A stretch of DNA of 44,450 nt from a virus (Duplodnaviria > Caudoviricetes): IMG/VR virus record IMGVR_UViG_3300032216_001173, positions 1-44,450 of that record; one strand, given 5' to 3'. Shown here piece by piece: positions 1 to 9,250 of the stretch. The stretch's first letter is position 1; each line of letters starts with the position of its first letter. The position numbers and the translations under genes are program-made. A model generated the notes under the pieces. That model saw only the letters and a program-made list of their open reading frames with translations, searched no databases and was not told the DNA's origin.

Positions 1-24
1 GATGCCAAGCAGCCCAGATTTTCA

Positions 25-137
25 GTTGAGAACTGTTCGCAACAAGGCGACCCCATAGGTCAGGAGCGCACACGATTCCCAGGGCCTGTCACAGCAACTT
101 GTCACACCTTCCCTAGCTTGTGACAAGGTGCGACAAG
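25..137. repeat. cos-proximal palindrome and TGTCAC/GTGACA inverted repeats (putative terminase-binding, cosB-like region)
   Basis: GTTGAGAACTGTTCGCAAC near-palindrome 25-43; CCTGTCACA 85-93, CTTGTCACA 98-106, TGTGACAAG 119-127, TGCGACAAG 129-137, directly upstream of terS. Confidence 0.6.
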
Positions 138-146
138 CCGGGCTAA

Positions 147-689
147 GTGCTGATCAGCGTGGGGGAAGCGGCCAAAGTGCTCGGCCTGAAGAGCCGAGGC
201 AGCATCTACCGCAAGATCCAGCGCCATGAGCTGGAGACGGTGCCGGGCCCTGACGGCAACCCTCTGATCGAGCGCGACAACCTGGAGCAGCGCTGGGCAG
301 CGATCACCCGCACCCGCACCGATTCGCCCAACCCACTGCGGCCAGCGGCCGAGCGCACCAAGCCCCAGCCGAAGCAGCCGCCACTACCGCCCAGGGCGCC
401 AGAGCCTGAGGAGCTGCCGGCCTACAACGACAGCCGCGCCCGCAGCGAATACGAAAAGGCCAACCTGCTGGAGCTGCAGCGCAAGACGCAGGAAGGCCTG
501 TTGCTCCGCCGCGAGGATGTGGAGCTGGCCTGGGGCGGCGCGGTCAACATCACCCGCACCCGTCTGCTCGGTGTGCCCAGCACGGCAAAGCAGCGCATCC
601 CGCACCTGGAGATCGAGGAGGTGGAGCTGCTGACCACGCTGATCCGCGAGGCCCTCGACGAGCTGGCGGCCGGGGAGGTGAAGGCATGA
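147..689 (+). CDS. terS: Terminase small subunit (Nu1-like)
   Basis: N-terminal HTH (ISVGEAAKVLG...SIYRKI), Nu1-like coiled coil (RARSEYEKANLLEL...EGLLLRREDV), ends IREALDELA; ATGA overlap with terL. Confidence 0.88.
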   Translation: MLISVGEAAKVLGLKSRGSIYRKIQRHELETVPGPDGNPLIERDNLEQRWAAITRTRTDSPNPLRPAAERTKPQPKQPPLPPRAPEPEELPAYNDSRARSEYEKANLLELQRKTQEGLLLRREDVELAWGGAVNITRTRLLGVPSTAKQRIPHLEIEEVELLTTLIREALDELAAGEVKA

Positions 690-2566
690 TCACCGTTGAC
701 CCTGCGGAATTGACGCGGCAGATCCTGGCAGGCTTCAAGCCACCACCACGACTGCGGCTCAGCCAGTACGCCGACGAGTTTGCGGTGATGACCGGCAACG
801 CAGCCGAAAAAGGCAAGTGGAACACGCTGCCGTACCAGCGCGAGATCCTCGACGCCTTCACCGATCCGACCGTGGAGACGGTGGCGATCATGAAGTCCGC
901 CCGGGTGGGCTGGACCAAGATGTTGGGCGTGGTGGTGCAGTTCTTCAGCCACCAGGATCCCTGCCCGGTGATGATCGTGCAGCCGGTCAAGGAAGACGCG
1001 GAGGGCTACAGCAAAGAGGAGATCAAGCCGCTGTTTGAGGACACGCCGGTGCTGCGCGGTCTGATCTCTGAGAGCAAGTCCCGCGGCACCGCAAGCAACA
1101 CGATCCTCCTAAAGCAGCTGAGCAATGGCGGGCTGATTGACATCGTGAACGCAGCCAGCGGCAGATCATTCCGGCGCAAGTCCAGGAAGGTGGTGCTGTT
1201 CGATGAGGTGGACGCCTACCCCAAACTCGACGAGGGCGACCCGATCAAGCTGGGCCGCAACCGGGCGGACTACTACTGGGACCGCAAGATTGGCCAGGGT
1301 GGCACTCCGATCTTCGCCGGTGGCAAGACAGAGGAGGCCTTCCTGCGTGGCGATCAGCGGCGCTTCTATGTGCCGTGCCCGTTCTGCCAGGCCATGCAAG
1401 TGCTGCGCTGGGAGCAGATGATCCGCGAGGGTGAGCACGCCGGTCATTACGGCTGCGAGAACTGCGCCGAGCCGATCCCGCACAGCAAGAAGCGGTGGAT
1501 GGTGGAGCGCGGCAAGTGGCGCCCCACGGCGGTGAGCCAGCAGCCGGGGCTGGTGAGCTTCCACATCTGGGCCGCCTACAGCTACTCCCCCGCAGCGGAC
1601 TGGACCGTGCTGGTGCGCGAGCACGCCGAGGCCTTGGACGCCATGCGCAAGGGTGACCCCGACGCGATGCAGACCTTCCACAACACGGTGCTGGGCGAGC
1701 CGTGGGAAGACTCCATCAGCGGCAAGCTCACCGGCGACGGCCTGGCCCAGCGGCGCAAGAACGAAGCAGCCGGCAATGGCTATCCCGAGGGCACGGTGCC
1801 TGATGGCGTGCTGCTGCTCACCGCTGGCGTGGACGTACAGGGCGGCGGCGGCACCACCGGCGAGCGACTGGTGCTCACGGTCTGGGGTTGGGGCCGTGGG
1901 GAAGAGGGCTGGCACCTTGGTCACTGGGAGATCGATGGCGACCCGCAGCAGCCGGAGACGCTGGCCCAGCTCGACCAGATCGCCAAGACGAGATGGCGCC
2001 GCGCCGATGGCACCGAGCTCCGGCTGACCATGGGCGGCATTGACGACGGCGGCTATGCCACCCATGAGGTGCGCGACTGGTGCCGCAGCCGCGCCTCGAG
2101 CTGGGTGCCGATGAAGGGCGCACACCAAAAAGGGAAACCGCTGATCGGCCGCGGCGTGCCGGTGGATGTGAACAGGAAAAACCAGGGCATCACCAAGCGC
2201 GGCGTGCTGCTGTTCAACGTCGGCTACGACGCCAGCGTCAACCACCTGCAGGGCCGCCTGCGCAATGAGCAGCCGGGCCCCGGCTATTTGCACTTCGGCC
2301 AAGGCTCGACCGATCAGTTCCTGGCTGAGCTGTTCCCGTGGAAGCGAATGCCAAAGCGCGACAAAGGCCAAACCACCTACAGCTGGGTGCTACCTGCTGG
2401 CTCTCGCGACGAAGCCGGCGACTGCACGCGCATGGCCTATGCCGCCCTGCAGCTGGTGGCCCGCCGCTACAACCGCGCCACGATGTGGGACCAGTTCGAG
2501 GCGCAGCTGGGCAACGCCAAGCCCGACACCGGCGGCCCGTTGTCCTTGAAAGGCTGGAGCCGCTGA
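686..2566 (+). CDS. terL: Terminase large subunit (lambda gpA family)
   Basis: Walker A KSARVGWT, Walker B VVLFDEVD, CPFC...CENC zinc finger, FHNTVLGEPW, nuclease LTAGVDVQ. Confidence 0.96.
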   Translation: MITVDPAELTRQILAGFKPPPRLRLSQYADEFAVMTGNAAEKGKWNTLPYQREILDAFTDPTVETVAIMKSARVGWTKMLGVVVQFFSHQDPCPVMIVQPVKEDAEGYSKEEIKPLFEDTPVLRGLISESKSRGTASNTILLKQLSNGGLIDIVNAASGRSFRRKSRKVVLFDEVDAYPKLDEGDPIKLGRNRADYYWDRKIGQGGTPIFAGGKTEEAFLRGDQRRFYVPCPFCQAMQVLRWEQMIREGEHAGHYGCENCAEPIPHSKKRWMVERGKWRPTAVSQQPGLVSFHIWAAYSYSPAADWTVLVREHAEALDAMRKGDPDAMQTFHNTVLGEPWEDSISGKLTGDGLAQRRKNEAAGNGYPEGTVPDGVLLLTAGVDVQGGGGTTGERLVLTVWGWGRGEEGWHLGHWEIDGDPQQPETLAQLDQIAKTRWRRADGTELRLTMGGIDDGGYATHEVRDWCRSRASSWVPMKGAHQKGKPLIGRGVPVDVNRKNQGITKRGVLLFNVGYDASVNHLQGRLRNEQPGPGYLHFGQGSTDQFLAELFPWKRMPKRDKGQTTYSWVLPAGSRDEAGDCTRMAYAALQLVARRYNRATMWDQFEAQLGNAKPDTGGPLSLKGWSR

Positions 2567-2577
2567 CTCAGGACGGC

Positions 2578-2583
2578 TAGCCT
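2578..2583 (+). promoter_or_regulatory. TAGCCT -10-like motif with a 6-nt spacer to the ATG (possible leaderless promoter)
   Basis: GGCTAGCCTGAGCCC-ATG; motif recurs in late intergenic gaps. Confidence 0.55.
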
Positions 2584-2589
2584 GAGCCC

Positions 2590-2814
2590 ATGGCAGGAAT
2601 TACCCTCACCCTGGCGCAGACGCAGCTCGACGCCTACTTGGCGGCCGAGATTGCGATTCTCAGCGGCCAAGAGTATGTGATTGGCAGCCGGCGCCTCAAG
2701 CGAGCCGATCTGGCATCGGTGCAGGCCGGCATCACGCTCTGGAACCAGCGGGTGCAAGACCTGACCGCCAGGCAGACGCGCACGCGCTACGTCGTTCCTG
2801 CCCCCAACTTCTGA
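2590..2814 (+). CDS. Head-tail joining protein (gpW/DUF6148-like)
   Basis: 74 aa between terL and portal; YLAAEIAILSGQEYVIGSRRLKRADL. Confidence 0.85.
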   Translation: MAGITLTLAQTQLDAYLAAEIAILSGQEYVIGSRRLKRADLASVQAGITLWNQRVQDLTARQTRTRYVVPAPNF

Positions 2815-4421
2815 TGGCCAATAAGCCGCCCCTGCTCGATCGCCTGATCACCAGGCTCTCCCCTAAGTGGGCCCTAGAGCGCGACCAAGCCCGCGCCGCC
2901 CTGGCACGATCCGGCGGCTACGTCGGCGGGGCCTATAGCCAGCGCTTCGCCAACTGGTCCCCCGGCGTGCGTGACGCCGATGGTGATATCACCTACGACC
3001 TGCGCGAGATGCGCGGGCGATCGCGTGACCTGGCCCGCAATGCCCCGATTGCCCGGGGTGCGGTCGGCACAATGGTCACCTACGTGGTGGGCACCGGCCT
3101 GTCAGTGCAAAGCCGGATTGATGCAGAGCTGCTGGGGCTGAGCGAAGACGAAGCCAGCGCCAAGCAGAAGGAGTTCGAGCGCTACTTCAACACCTGGGCC
3201 GCTTCGCAATTTGCTGATGCCAACCAGCGCCAGAGTTTTTATGAGCTGCAGGATCTGGCAGAGCGCAGTGAGCTGGAATCCGGCGATGCCTTTGCGCTGC
3301 TGGTGAAGTCCAAGGCGCCGAACTGGCCGTATCAGCTGGCGGTGCAGATCGTTGAGGCCGATCGGGTTTGCAACAAGGGCCGCGCCATGGATACCAGCGA
3401 GATGACGCAGGGGATCGTCAGAAAGAACGGCATCCCCTACAGCATCATGGTGGCCGATCGCCATCCAGGTCAGGTGATGGGGCTGGACAAGGCCAACTGG
3501 CAGGAGGTGCCTTTCTACGGAAAGACCGGGCGCCGCAATGCTCTGCACCTCATGCACATGGAGCGCCCGGACCAGACCCGGGGCGTTCCCTGGCTGGCGC
3601 CGATCATCGCCAAGGTGAAGCAGCTCGACCGCTACAGCGATGCCGAGGTGGATGCCGCCGTGAACGCAGCGGCTAACGCCGTGTTTGCCACGATGGATCC
3701 TGATGCCTTCAGCGATCTCTTCGATGCTGACGCCCAGGGCGCCTACATCGATAACGCCAAGCGATGGGACGGCACCATCGAATCCGGGCGGGTGATCAGC
3801 ACGCTGCCCGGCGAATCAATCACCAGCCCCACGCCAGGCCGGCCGAACCCCGCATTCGAGCAGTTCTTCCTGGCGGTGAACAACGAGATCGCCATGGGCC
3901 TGGGCCTGCCCCGCGATGTGCTGCTGAAGGCCTTCAATGCCAGCTACTCCGCCAGCCGTGCGGCGCTGATGGACGCCTGGCGCACCTACAAGGTGAGGCG
4001 GTTCCGCAAGGCGTCGCGGTTCTGCCAGCCGATTTACGAAGAGATCATCGCCGACGGCGTGGCCATGGGCCACCTGTCCGCCCCGGGCTTCCTGGCGGAT
4101 CCGATGATTCGCACTGCTTGGCTGGGATCGTTCTGGAGCGGCGACGGCCCTGGCGCGCTGGATCCGACCAAGGAGGCGACCGCAGCAAAGCTCCGCATTG
4201 ACATGGGCCAGACCACCCTGCCTGAGGAGATCCTGGCCTACGACGGCGGCGACTGGGAGACAAAGCACCGCACTTCGGTGCGGGTGCGAAACGATCGAGT
4301 TCAAGACGGCCTGGAGGCTCCGATCACCATGCAGCCGGGGCCGCCCGGGTTGCCATCTGCCGCCGTGCCAGATCCTGCCAACCCACTTGGCTTGGTTGAC
4401 CCAGAGCCATTCCTAGATTGA
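2814..4421 (+). CDS. Portal protein, lambda family
   Basis: RSRDLARNAPIARG, VVGTGL, RPDQTRGVP, NASYSASRAAL, LDPTKE motifs; synteny. Confidence 0.95.
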   Translation: MANKPPLLDRLITRLSPKWALERDQARAALARSGGYVGGAYSQRFANWSPGVRDADGDITYDLREMRGRSRDLARNAPIARGAVGTMVTYVVGTGLSVQSRIDAELLGLSEDEASAKQKEFERYFNTWAASQFADANQRQSFYELQDLAERSELESGDAFALLVKSKAPNWPYQLAVQIVEADRVCNKGRAMDTSEMTQGIVRKNGIPYSIMVADRHPGQVMGLDKANWQEVPFYGKTGRRNALHLMHMERPDQTRGVPWLAPIIAKVKQLDRYSDAEVDAAVNAAANAVFATMDPDAFSDLFDADAQGAYIDNAKRWDGTIESGRVISTLPGESITSPTPGRPNPAFEQFFLAVNNEIAMGLGLPRDVLLKAFNASYSASRAALMDAWRTYKVRRFRKASRFCQPIYEEIIADGVAMGHLSAPGFLADPMIRTAWLGSFWSGDGPGALDPTKEATAAKLRIDMGQTTLPEEILAYDGGDWETKHRTSVRVRNDRVQDGLEAPITMQPGPPGLPSAAVPDPANPLGLVDPEPFLD

Positions 4422-4425
4422 TGCC

Positions 4426-5766
4426 ATGAACATCCTCGACGTTCTCTATCAACCGTGGGCGATTGCCCCGGATCGGCTGATGGAAATCCAGTCGATCTAT
4501 GCCGCCCACCTGCGGGGCGAATCGATCGACATTGATGCCGTCGAGGCCCGCATCGGCCGGCAGCTGCAGAACCAGCCGCAGGGCTACCAGGTGCAGGATG
4601 GCGCCGCCCTGATCCCGCTGCGTGGTGTGATGGCGCCCCGCATGAACCTGATGAGCCAGGTGAGCGGCGGCACCAGCACAGAGCTGTTCGCCCGTGACGT
4701 GAAGGCCGCGCTCAATGATCCGGCGGTGCAATCAATCGTGCTGCTGGTGGACTCCCCCGGCGGCGCCGTCGGCGGCACGATGGCAGCCGCCTCGGCGGTG
4801 ATGGCTGCTCGCGGCGTAAAGCCGATCGCCACCTACAGCGACGGCACCATGGCCAGCGCCGCCTACTGGGTAGGCTCAGCTGCTGATCGGGTCTATGTGA
4901 GCTCTGGCGTTGACCAGGTAGGCAGCATCGGCGTCGTCGCGTCCCATGTGGATGTGAGCCAGCGCGAGCAGGCCCTAGGCATCAAGACCACCGAGATCGT
5001 GGCCGGCAAGTTCAAGCGGATCTCCAGCCAGTACGGGCCGCTCACCGAATCAGGCAGGCAGTCAATCCAGGATCAGGTGGATTACCTCTACTCCCTGTTC
5101 GTCGGCGACGTTGCCGCCCAGCGCGGGGTCTCTGCCGATCAGGTGATTGCCGACATGGCCGATGGTCGGGTGTTCATTGGCCAGCAGGCCATTGATGCAG
5201 GGCTGGTGGATGGGATCACTACCCTGAATGATGTAATCGCTCAGATCAATGACCGCGCGGCGACCGCTTCCCGGATCTCCGCATCACTTCCCTCTCTCCC
5301 GAGAATTTCTATGGACCACAACCAAGTGGCCGCCGATTGGGCGGCCGAGAATCCGGAGGCTGCGGCGGTCCTGCGGACCGAAGGCGCAGCTGGTGAGCGT
5401 GACCGCATCGCCGCAGTCCGGGCTCAAGCGCTGCCAGGGCATGAAGGCCTGATCGACAAGCTGGCCGCCGATGGCCAGACCACCGGCCCCGAAGCTGCCA
5501 TGGCGGTGATCGCCGCCGATCGCGTGCGCCAGCAAGGCATCGCCAAGGCCCGCCTGGACGACGCCATCGACGCCGTGCCCCAGGCCGCCGCTCCTGCTCT
5601 TGATGATGCAGCCTCAGGCTCCCGACTCGGAGCCAATGGCGTCATTGACGCCAAGACCGACGCTGCTGCTCTCGACGCAGCCGCCAAGGCTTACCAGGCT
5701 GCCAACCCCGGCACCGACTATCTCTCCGCCGTCAAGGCGGTTCAATCCCCCAACGGAGGTAACTGA
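4426..5766 (+). CDS. S49 (SppA/ClpP-like) prohead protease with C-terminal scaffold region
   Basis: VDSPGG, MASAAYWVGS, VGSIGV, AIDAGLVDGI; Ala-rich C-terminal extension. Confidence 0.92.
   Translation: MNILDVLYQPWAIAPDRLMEIQSIYAAHLRGESIDIDAVEARIGRQLQNQPQGYQVQDGAALIPLRGVMAPRMNLMSQVSGGTSTELFARDVKAALNDPAVQSIVLLVDSPGGAVGGTMAAASAVMAARGVKPIATYSDGTMASAAYWVGSAADRVYVSSGVDQVGSIGVVASHVDVSQREQALGIKTTEIVAGKFKRISSQYGPLTESGRQSIQDQVDYLYSLFVGDVAAQRGVSADQVIADMADGRVFIGQQAIDAGLVDGITTLNDVIAQINDRAATASRISASLPSLPRISMDHNQVAADWAAENPEAAAVLRTEGAAGERDRIAAVRAQALPGHEGLIDKLAADGQTTGPEAAMAVIAADRVRQQGIAKARLDDAIDAVPQAAAPALDDAASGSRLGANGVIDAKTDAAALDAAAKAYQAANPGTDYLSAVKAVQSPNGGN
5311..5766 (+). CDS. Possible nested scaffolding protein (lambda Nu3-like internal start)
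   Basis: In-frame ATG (MDHNQVAADW) after the protease domain and a Ser/Pro linker; analogy to lambda C/Nu3. Confidence 0.45.
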   Translation: MDHNQVAADWAAENPEAAAVLRTEGAAGERDRIAAVRAQALPGHEGLIDKLAADGQTTGPEAAMAVIAADRVRQQGIAKARLDDAIDAVPQAAAPALDDAASGSRLGANGVIDAKTDAAALDAAAKAYQAANPGTDYLSAVKAVQSPNGGN

Positions 5767-5768
5767 CC

Positions 5769-6104
5769 ATGGCTGTAGGAGAAATCACCCTGCTGCAGGA
5801 GACCGTCACGCTCTCCGCTACCGCGACCCAGTACCGGGGCGTTCTGCTCACCGGCGCTGCCGTCTCTGCCGCTGGCAACGGCTACCCCTGCGCCACCGGC
5901 GGCGCCAGCGGTGACTCTGTTCCCGTGGTTCTGCTTGGCGTGGCGATCGGCGAAGCCGGTGCAGCCGTGACCGCGGGCGCCCTGCTCGAGTTCGACTCAT
6001 CCGGTCGGTTCATCACCCGGTCCGCTGGCGTTTCCGTCGCCCGCGCTCTTAGCAGCGCGGCCGGTGCTGGCTCGACGCTTGAAGTCTTCGTCATCCCCAA
6101 CTGA
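5769..6104 (+). CDS. Capsid cement/decoration protein (DUF2190-like)
   Basis: 111 aa, Ala/Gly-rich, GEAGAAVTAGALLEFDSSGRFIT; lies between protease and MCP. Confidence 0.8.
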   Translation: MAVGEITLLQETVTLSATATQYRGVLLTGAAVSAAGNGYPCATGGASGDSVPVVLLGVAIGEAGAAVTAGALLEFDSSGRFITRSAGVSVARALSSAAGAGSTLEVFVIPN

Positions 6105-6115
6105 GGTAACCCCCG

Positions 6116-7066
6116 ATGCCCCAACTCACTCCCTCTCAGGCACGGGTTATTAACCCCGTCCTGAGCTCCATCGCCCAAGGCATTCAGCAGAACGACCTGG
6201 TGGGCAGCCACCTGTTCCCTGCTGTTGACGTGCCCCTGCGCGGCGGCCAGATCCTGACCTTCGGTCGGGAAGCCTTCATGCAGTATTCCAACCTGAACCG
6301 CGCTCCTGGCACCTCCACCCCCCGGGTGCAGTTCGGCTACAGCGGCTCGACCTACGCCCTGGTGGATTACTCCATCGAGGGCAAAGTTCCCGTTGAGATT
6401 GAGCAGGAGGCCATGAACTCCAGCTTCAGTCTTGACCATGCCGCCGTTGCGCTGAACGGCGCCAGCCGGATCCTCCAGCTGCGCCTGGAGATCGCCCAGG
6501 CCACCCTGGCAACCACCCTCAGCAACCACGCATCCAGCAACCGGATCACCCTGTCCGGTACTGCTCAGTGGTCTGACTTCGGCACCACCAGCAACCCGCT
6601 CAACGACATTGAGACGGGCAAGGAAGCGATCCGCGCTGGCACTGGCCGCCGTCCCAACGTGGGCGTCATGGGCCCCGCCGTTTGGGCGAAGCTCAAGTAT
6701 CACCCGATCGTGAAGGACTACACCAAATACACCGGCCGCGAAGTGGCGACCCTGGACATCCTGTCTGCTCTGACCGGAATCCCCAACTGGTACATCGGCG
6801 ATGCAGTCTCCTCCAACGACGCCGGCACCACGCTGAGCGACGTTTGGGGCAAGGACGTGGTGCTGGCCTACAGCGAGCTCGGCAGCGTGGCCAACTACGG
6901 CGCTCCCACCTTCGGTTACACCTACAACCTTGCAGGGTATCCGCTGGCTGAAGAGCCTTATCAGGACCGCAACCACAAATCGCAGTTCTTCCCCGTCACC
7001 CGGGCCGAAGCTCCTGTGATCGCTGGTCAGCTGGCTGGCTACCTGATCAAGTCCTGCGTTGCCTGA
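6116..7066 (+). CDS. Major capsid protein
   Basis: 316 aa; INPVLSSIAQG, WSD...NPLNDI, GRRPNVGVMG, PTFGYTY; synteny; GAGG RBS. Confidence 0.9.
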   Translation: MPQLTPSQARVINPVLSSIAQGIQQNDLVGSHLFPAVDVPLRGGQILTFGREAFMQYSNLNRAPGTSTPRVQFGYSGSTYALVDYSIEGKVPVEIEQEAMNSSFSLDHAAVALNGASRILQLRLEIAQATLATTLSNHASSNRITLSGTAQWSDFGTTSNPLNDIETGKEAIRAGTGRRPNVGVMGPAVWAKLKYHPIVKDYTKYTGREVATLDILSALTGIPNWYIGDAVSSNDAGTTLSDVWGKDVVLAYSELGSVANYGAPTFGYTYNLAGYPLAEEPYQDRNHKSQFFPVTRAEAPVIAGQLAGYLIKSCVA

Positions 7067-7248
7067 TGGGTAACTACCGGATCCTGCTGGGCCCGATTAA
7101 CGACGGTACCGCCATCCATGAGGACGGCGGTACCATTTCCCTGGCCGCAGCAGAAGCGGCTCCGCTGATGGAGCTGGGCGTCATCAAGCCACTTCCTGCC
7201 AAGCCACTTCCTGCCAAGGAAGTGAAACCCCGCAAGCCCGCAGACTGA
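7066..7248 (+). CDS. Small hypothetical virion/packaging protein
   Basis: Overlaps MCP stop and next start; contains duplicated KPLPA. Confidence 0.7.
   Translation: MGNYRILLGPINDGTAIHEDGGTISLAAAEAAPLMELGVIKPLPAKPLPAKEVKPRKPAD
7186..7215 (+). repeat. 15-bp perfect tandem duplication (AAGCCACTTCCTGCC x2)
   Basis: Directly visible; encodes KPLPA-KPLPA. Confidence 0.95.
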
Positions 7249-7580
7249 TGGCCTTCACCGAGGATCTCTCTGTTTTCCTCGACTTCAACGGCTTTGGGGT
7301 CCCTGTGACTGCCGGGGCCGTTTCTGGCGTGGGAATCCTTGATCAAAACAGCGAGATCATCCTCGGCGGCGAGATCACTGTGATTGATTATCTGCTCACC
7401 GTGCCAACCGCCACCTTCGGCAGCCTGAGCTATGGCGATGCCATCACTGTGGATGGAGCCAGCTACAAAGTTGAAACCCAGCCGCAACGCTTTGACGACG
7501 GCACGTTTTGCCGGGTGCCGCTGGTGAAGATCACAGCTGATCAAGTCCCAGTCCTGATTCTGGACGGTGATTTTCTGTGA
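7248..7580 (+). CDS. Head-tail joining protein (gpFII-like)
   Basis: FTEDLSVFL...FG, GDAITVDGASYKV, DDG motif; synteny. Confidence 0.8.
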   Translation: MAFTEDLSVFLDFNGFGVPVTAGAVSGVGILDQNSEIILGGEITVIDYLLTVPTATFGSLSYGDAITVDGASYKVETQPQRFDDGTFCRVPLVKITADQVPVLILDGDFL

Positions 7581-9250
7581 CCATCTATCAATCCACGGCC
7601 TACAGAGTCCGCCAGCTATTTAGCACCCTGGCTGCTGTGACGGCCAGCAATCCGGTGTTGCTGGAGGGCGAGCGATGGCACGAAAAGAGCACCACCGGCC
7701 GCTTCACGGGTCGCACTAAGACCGGTGATGGCGTCGTCACTGGCGGCGGCACAACTATTACCGGCACAGCATTCAACGATCTCCCGTTCGATCCCAGCGG
7801 CGGCGCATCACTGAGCGATGCCATCCCCCAGACGCTTGGCACTGCAGCCGCTGGCACTGGCACTGAAGCGAGCCGCAATGATCACCGGCACGCAATGCCA
7901 ACAGCGGCTCAAGTGGGCGCAGACGCCACAGGGACCGCAGCGGCGGCAGTGGCAGCCCACGTCGCAGCGGCAGATCCCCACCCCGTCTACACCACCACAG
8001 CAGAGGCAGCAGCAGTAGCTCCAGTGCAGTCTGTGGCGGGGCGAACCGGTGCGGTGGCGCTGGCTGCTGCCGACGTTTCAGGCGCGGTTTCAAGTAGCGA
8101 TACCAGGCTGAGCGATTCCCGTGAATGGAGCGCGGCCACCGCCACCCAGGCTGAAGCCGAGGCAGGCACCAGCGCCACGCGCCTCGCATTCACTCCCCTG
8201 CGAGTGTTCCAGGCCGTTGCCGCCTGGTGGGTGGCAAGCGCAGCGAAGACAAAGGTTGACGGCATTGCAACCGGTGCCACAGCGAATCAGACCGACGCCT
8301 ACTTGCTGAGCAGAGCAAACCACACCGGCACGCAGGCGGCCGCAACCATTACTGGCCTAGGCAGCCTGGCCACCCAGTCCGGCACTTTCTCTGGCGCCAG
8401 CAGCGGGACCAACACCGGCGATCAAACGATCACCCTGACGGGCGAAGTTACCGGAAGCGGCACCGGCAGTTTTGCGGCCACGGTGGACAACGCTGCGGTG
8501 ATCGGCAAGGTGTTAAGCGGCTACACCAGCGGTGCTGGCACGGTGGCGGCAACAGACTCGATCCTGCAGGCGATCCAGAAGCTGAACGGTAATGACGCAG
8601 CCTTCTTGACATCGGCTACGGCAGCTACGACTTACCAGCCGCTCAAAGCAAACCTGACAGCGTTGGGAAACAACAACCCGGCGTATTACCTAGCCAGGGC
8701 TAATCACACCGGCACGCAGGCGGGCTCCACGGTGACCGGCGCGTTGACGGCATCCGGCATGACCATGGCCACCGCTCGCATCTTGGGGCGCAGCACGGCA
8801 AGCACGGGGGCGGTGGAGGAGTTTGCCCTGCTGGGCCTGGCGTTCAATGGCGCCAACCTGGCCACGCTGGCGGATCTGGTGATCCCGCTGTCGGACGAGA
8901 CAACGGCTCTCACGGCATCATCAAGCGTTGCCAAGGTCACAATCCCCTACTGGCCCCGCGCCACGGTGTTGACCGACCTGCCGATCTGGGCTGTGGCAAC
9001 TGCCCCAACCGGTGCGGCACTGCAGTTTGATATAAAGATTGGTGGCACTTCGATCTACACAACGCTGCCGACGATTGCAGTAAGTTCCACCAACAGCACA
9101 GCATCGGCTGGTACATTCTCCACGGCATTCATCAGTGGCGGCCAGTCCATTGCTGCCGGTGCATCCGTTGCGTTTTTTGTCACGCAGATCGGCAGCACCG
9201 TTGCAGGTGCTGGGCTCAAGCTGGCGCTGCTCACTAGGAGGGCCGGATAA
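7577..9250 (+). CDS. Fibre-like structural protein with Mtd_N-like N-terminus
   Basis: NPVLLEGE...KTGDGV...FNDLPF; fibre repeats VQSVAGRTGAV, ATQAEAEAGT, RANHTGTQA x2; Ala/Thr/Gly-rich. Confidence 0.7.
   Translation: MTIYQSTAYRVRQLFSTLAAVTASNPVLLEGERWHEKSTTGRFTGRTKTGDGVVTGGGTTITGTAFNDLPFDPSGGASLSDAIPQTLGTAAAGTGTEASRNDHRHAMPTAAQVGADATGTAAAAVAAHVAAADPHPVYTTTAEAAAVAPVQSVAGRTGAVALAAADVSGAVSSSDTRLSDSREWSAATATQAEAEAGTSATRLAFTPLRVFQAVAAWWVASAAKTKVDGIATGATANQTDAYLLSRANHTGTQAAATITGLGSLATQSGTFSGASSGTNTGDQTITLTGEVTGSGTGSFAATVDNAAVIGKVLSGYTSGAGTVAATDSILQAIQKLNGNDAAFLTSATAATTYQPLKANLTALGNNNPAYYLARANHTGTQAGSTVTGALTASGMTMATARILGRSTASTGAVEEFALLGLAFNGANLATLADLVIPLSDETTALTASSSVAKVTIPYWPRATVLTDLPIWAVATAPTGAALQFDIKIGGTSIYTTLPTIAVSSTNSTASAGTFSTAFISGGQSIAAGASVAFFVTQIGSTVAGAGLKLALLTRRAG

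Noticed and set aside
1166-2371. Long antisense ORFs (also 5882-6976, 13105-13974, 13844-14686, 18261-18998, 39779-40639)
   Set aside because: Shadows of GC-rich codon bias opposite well-supported genes; no recognisable motifs
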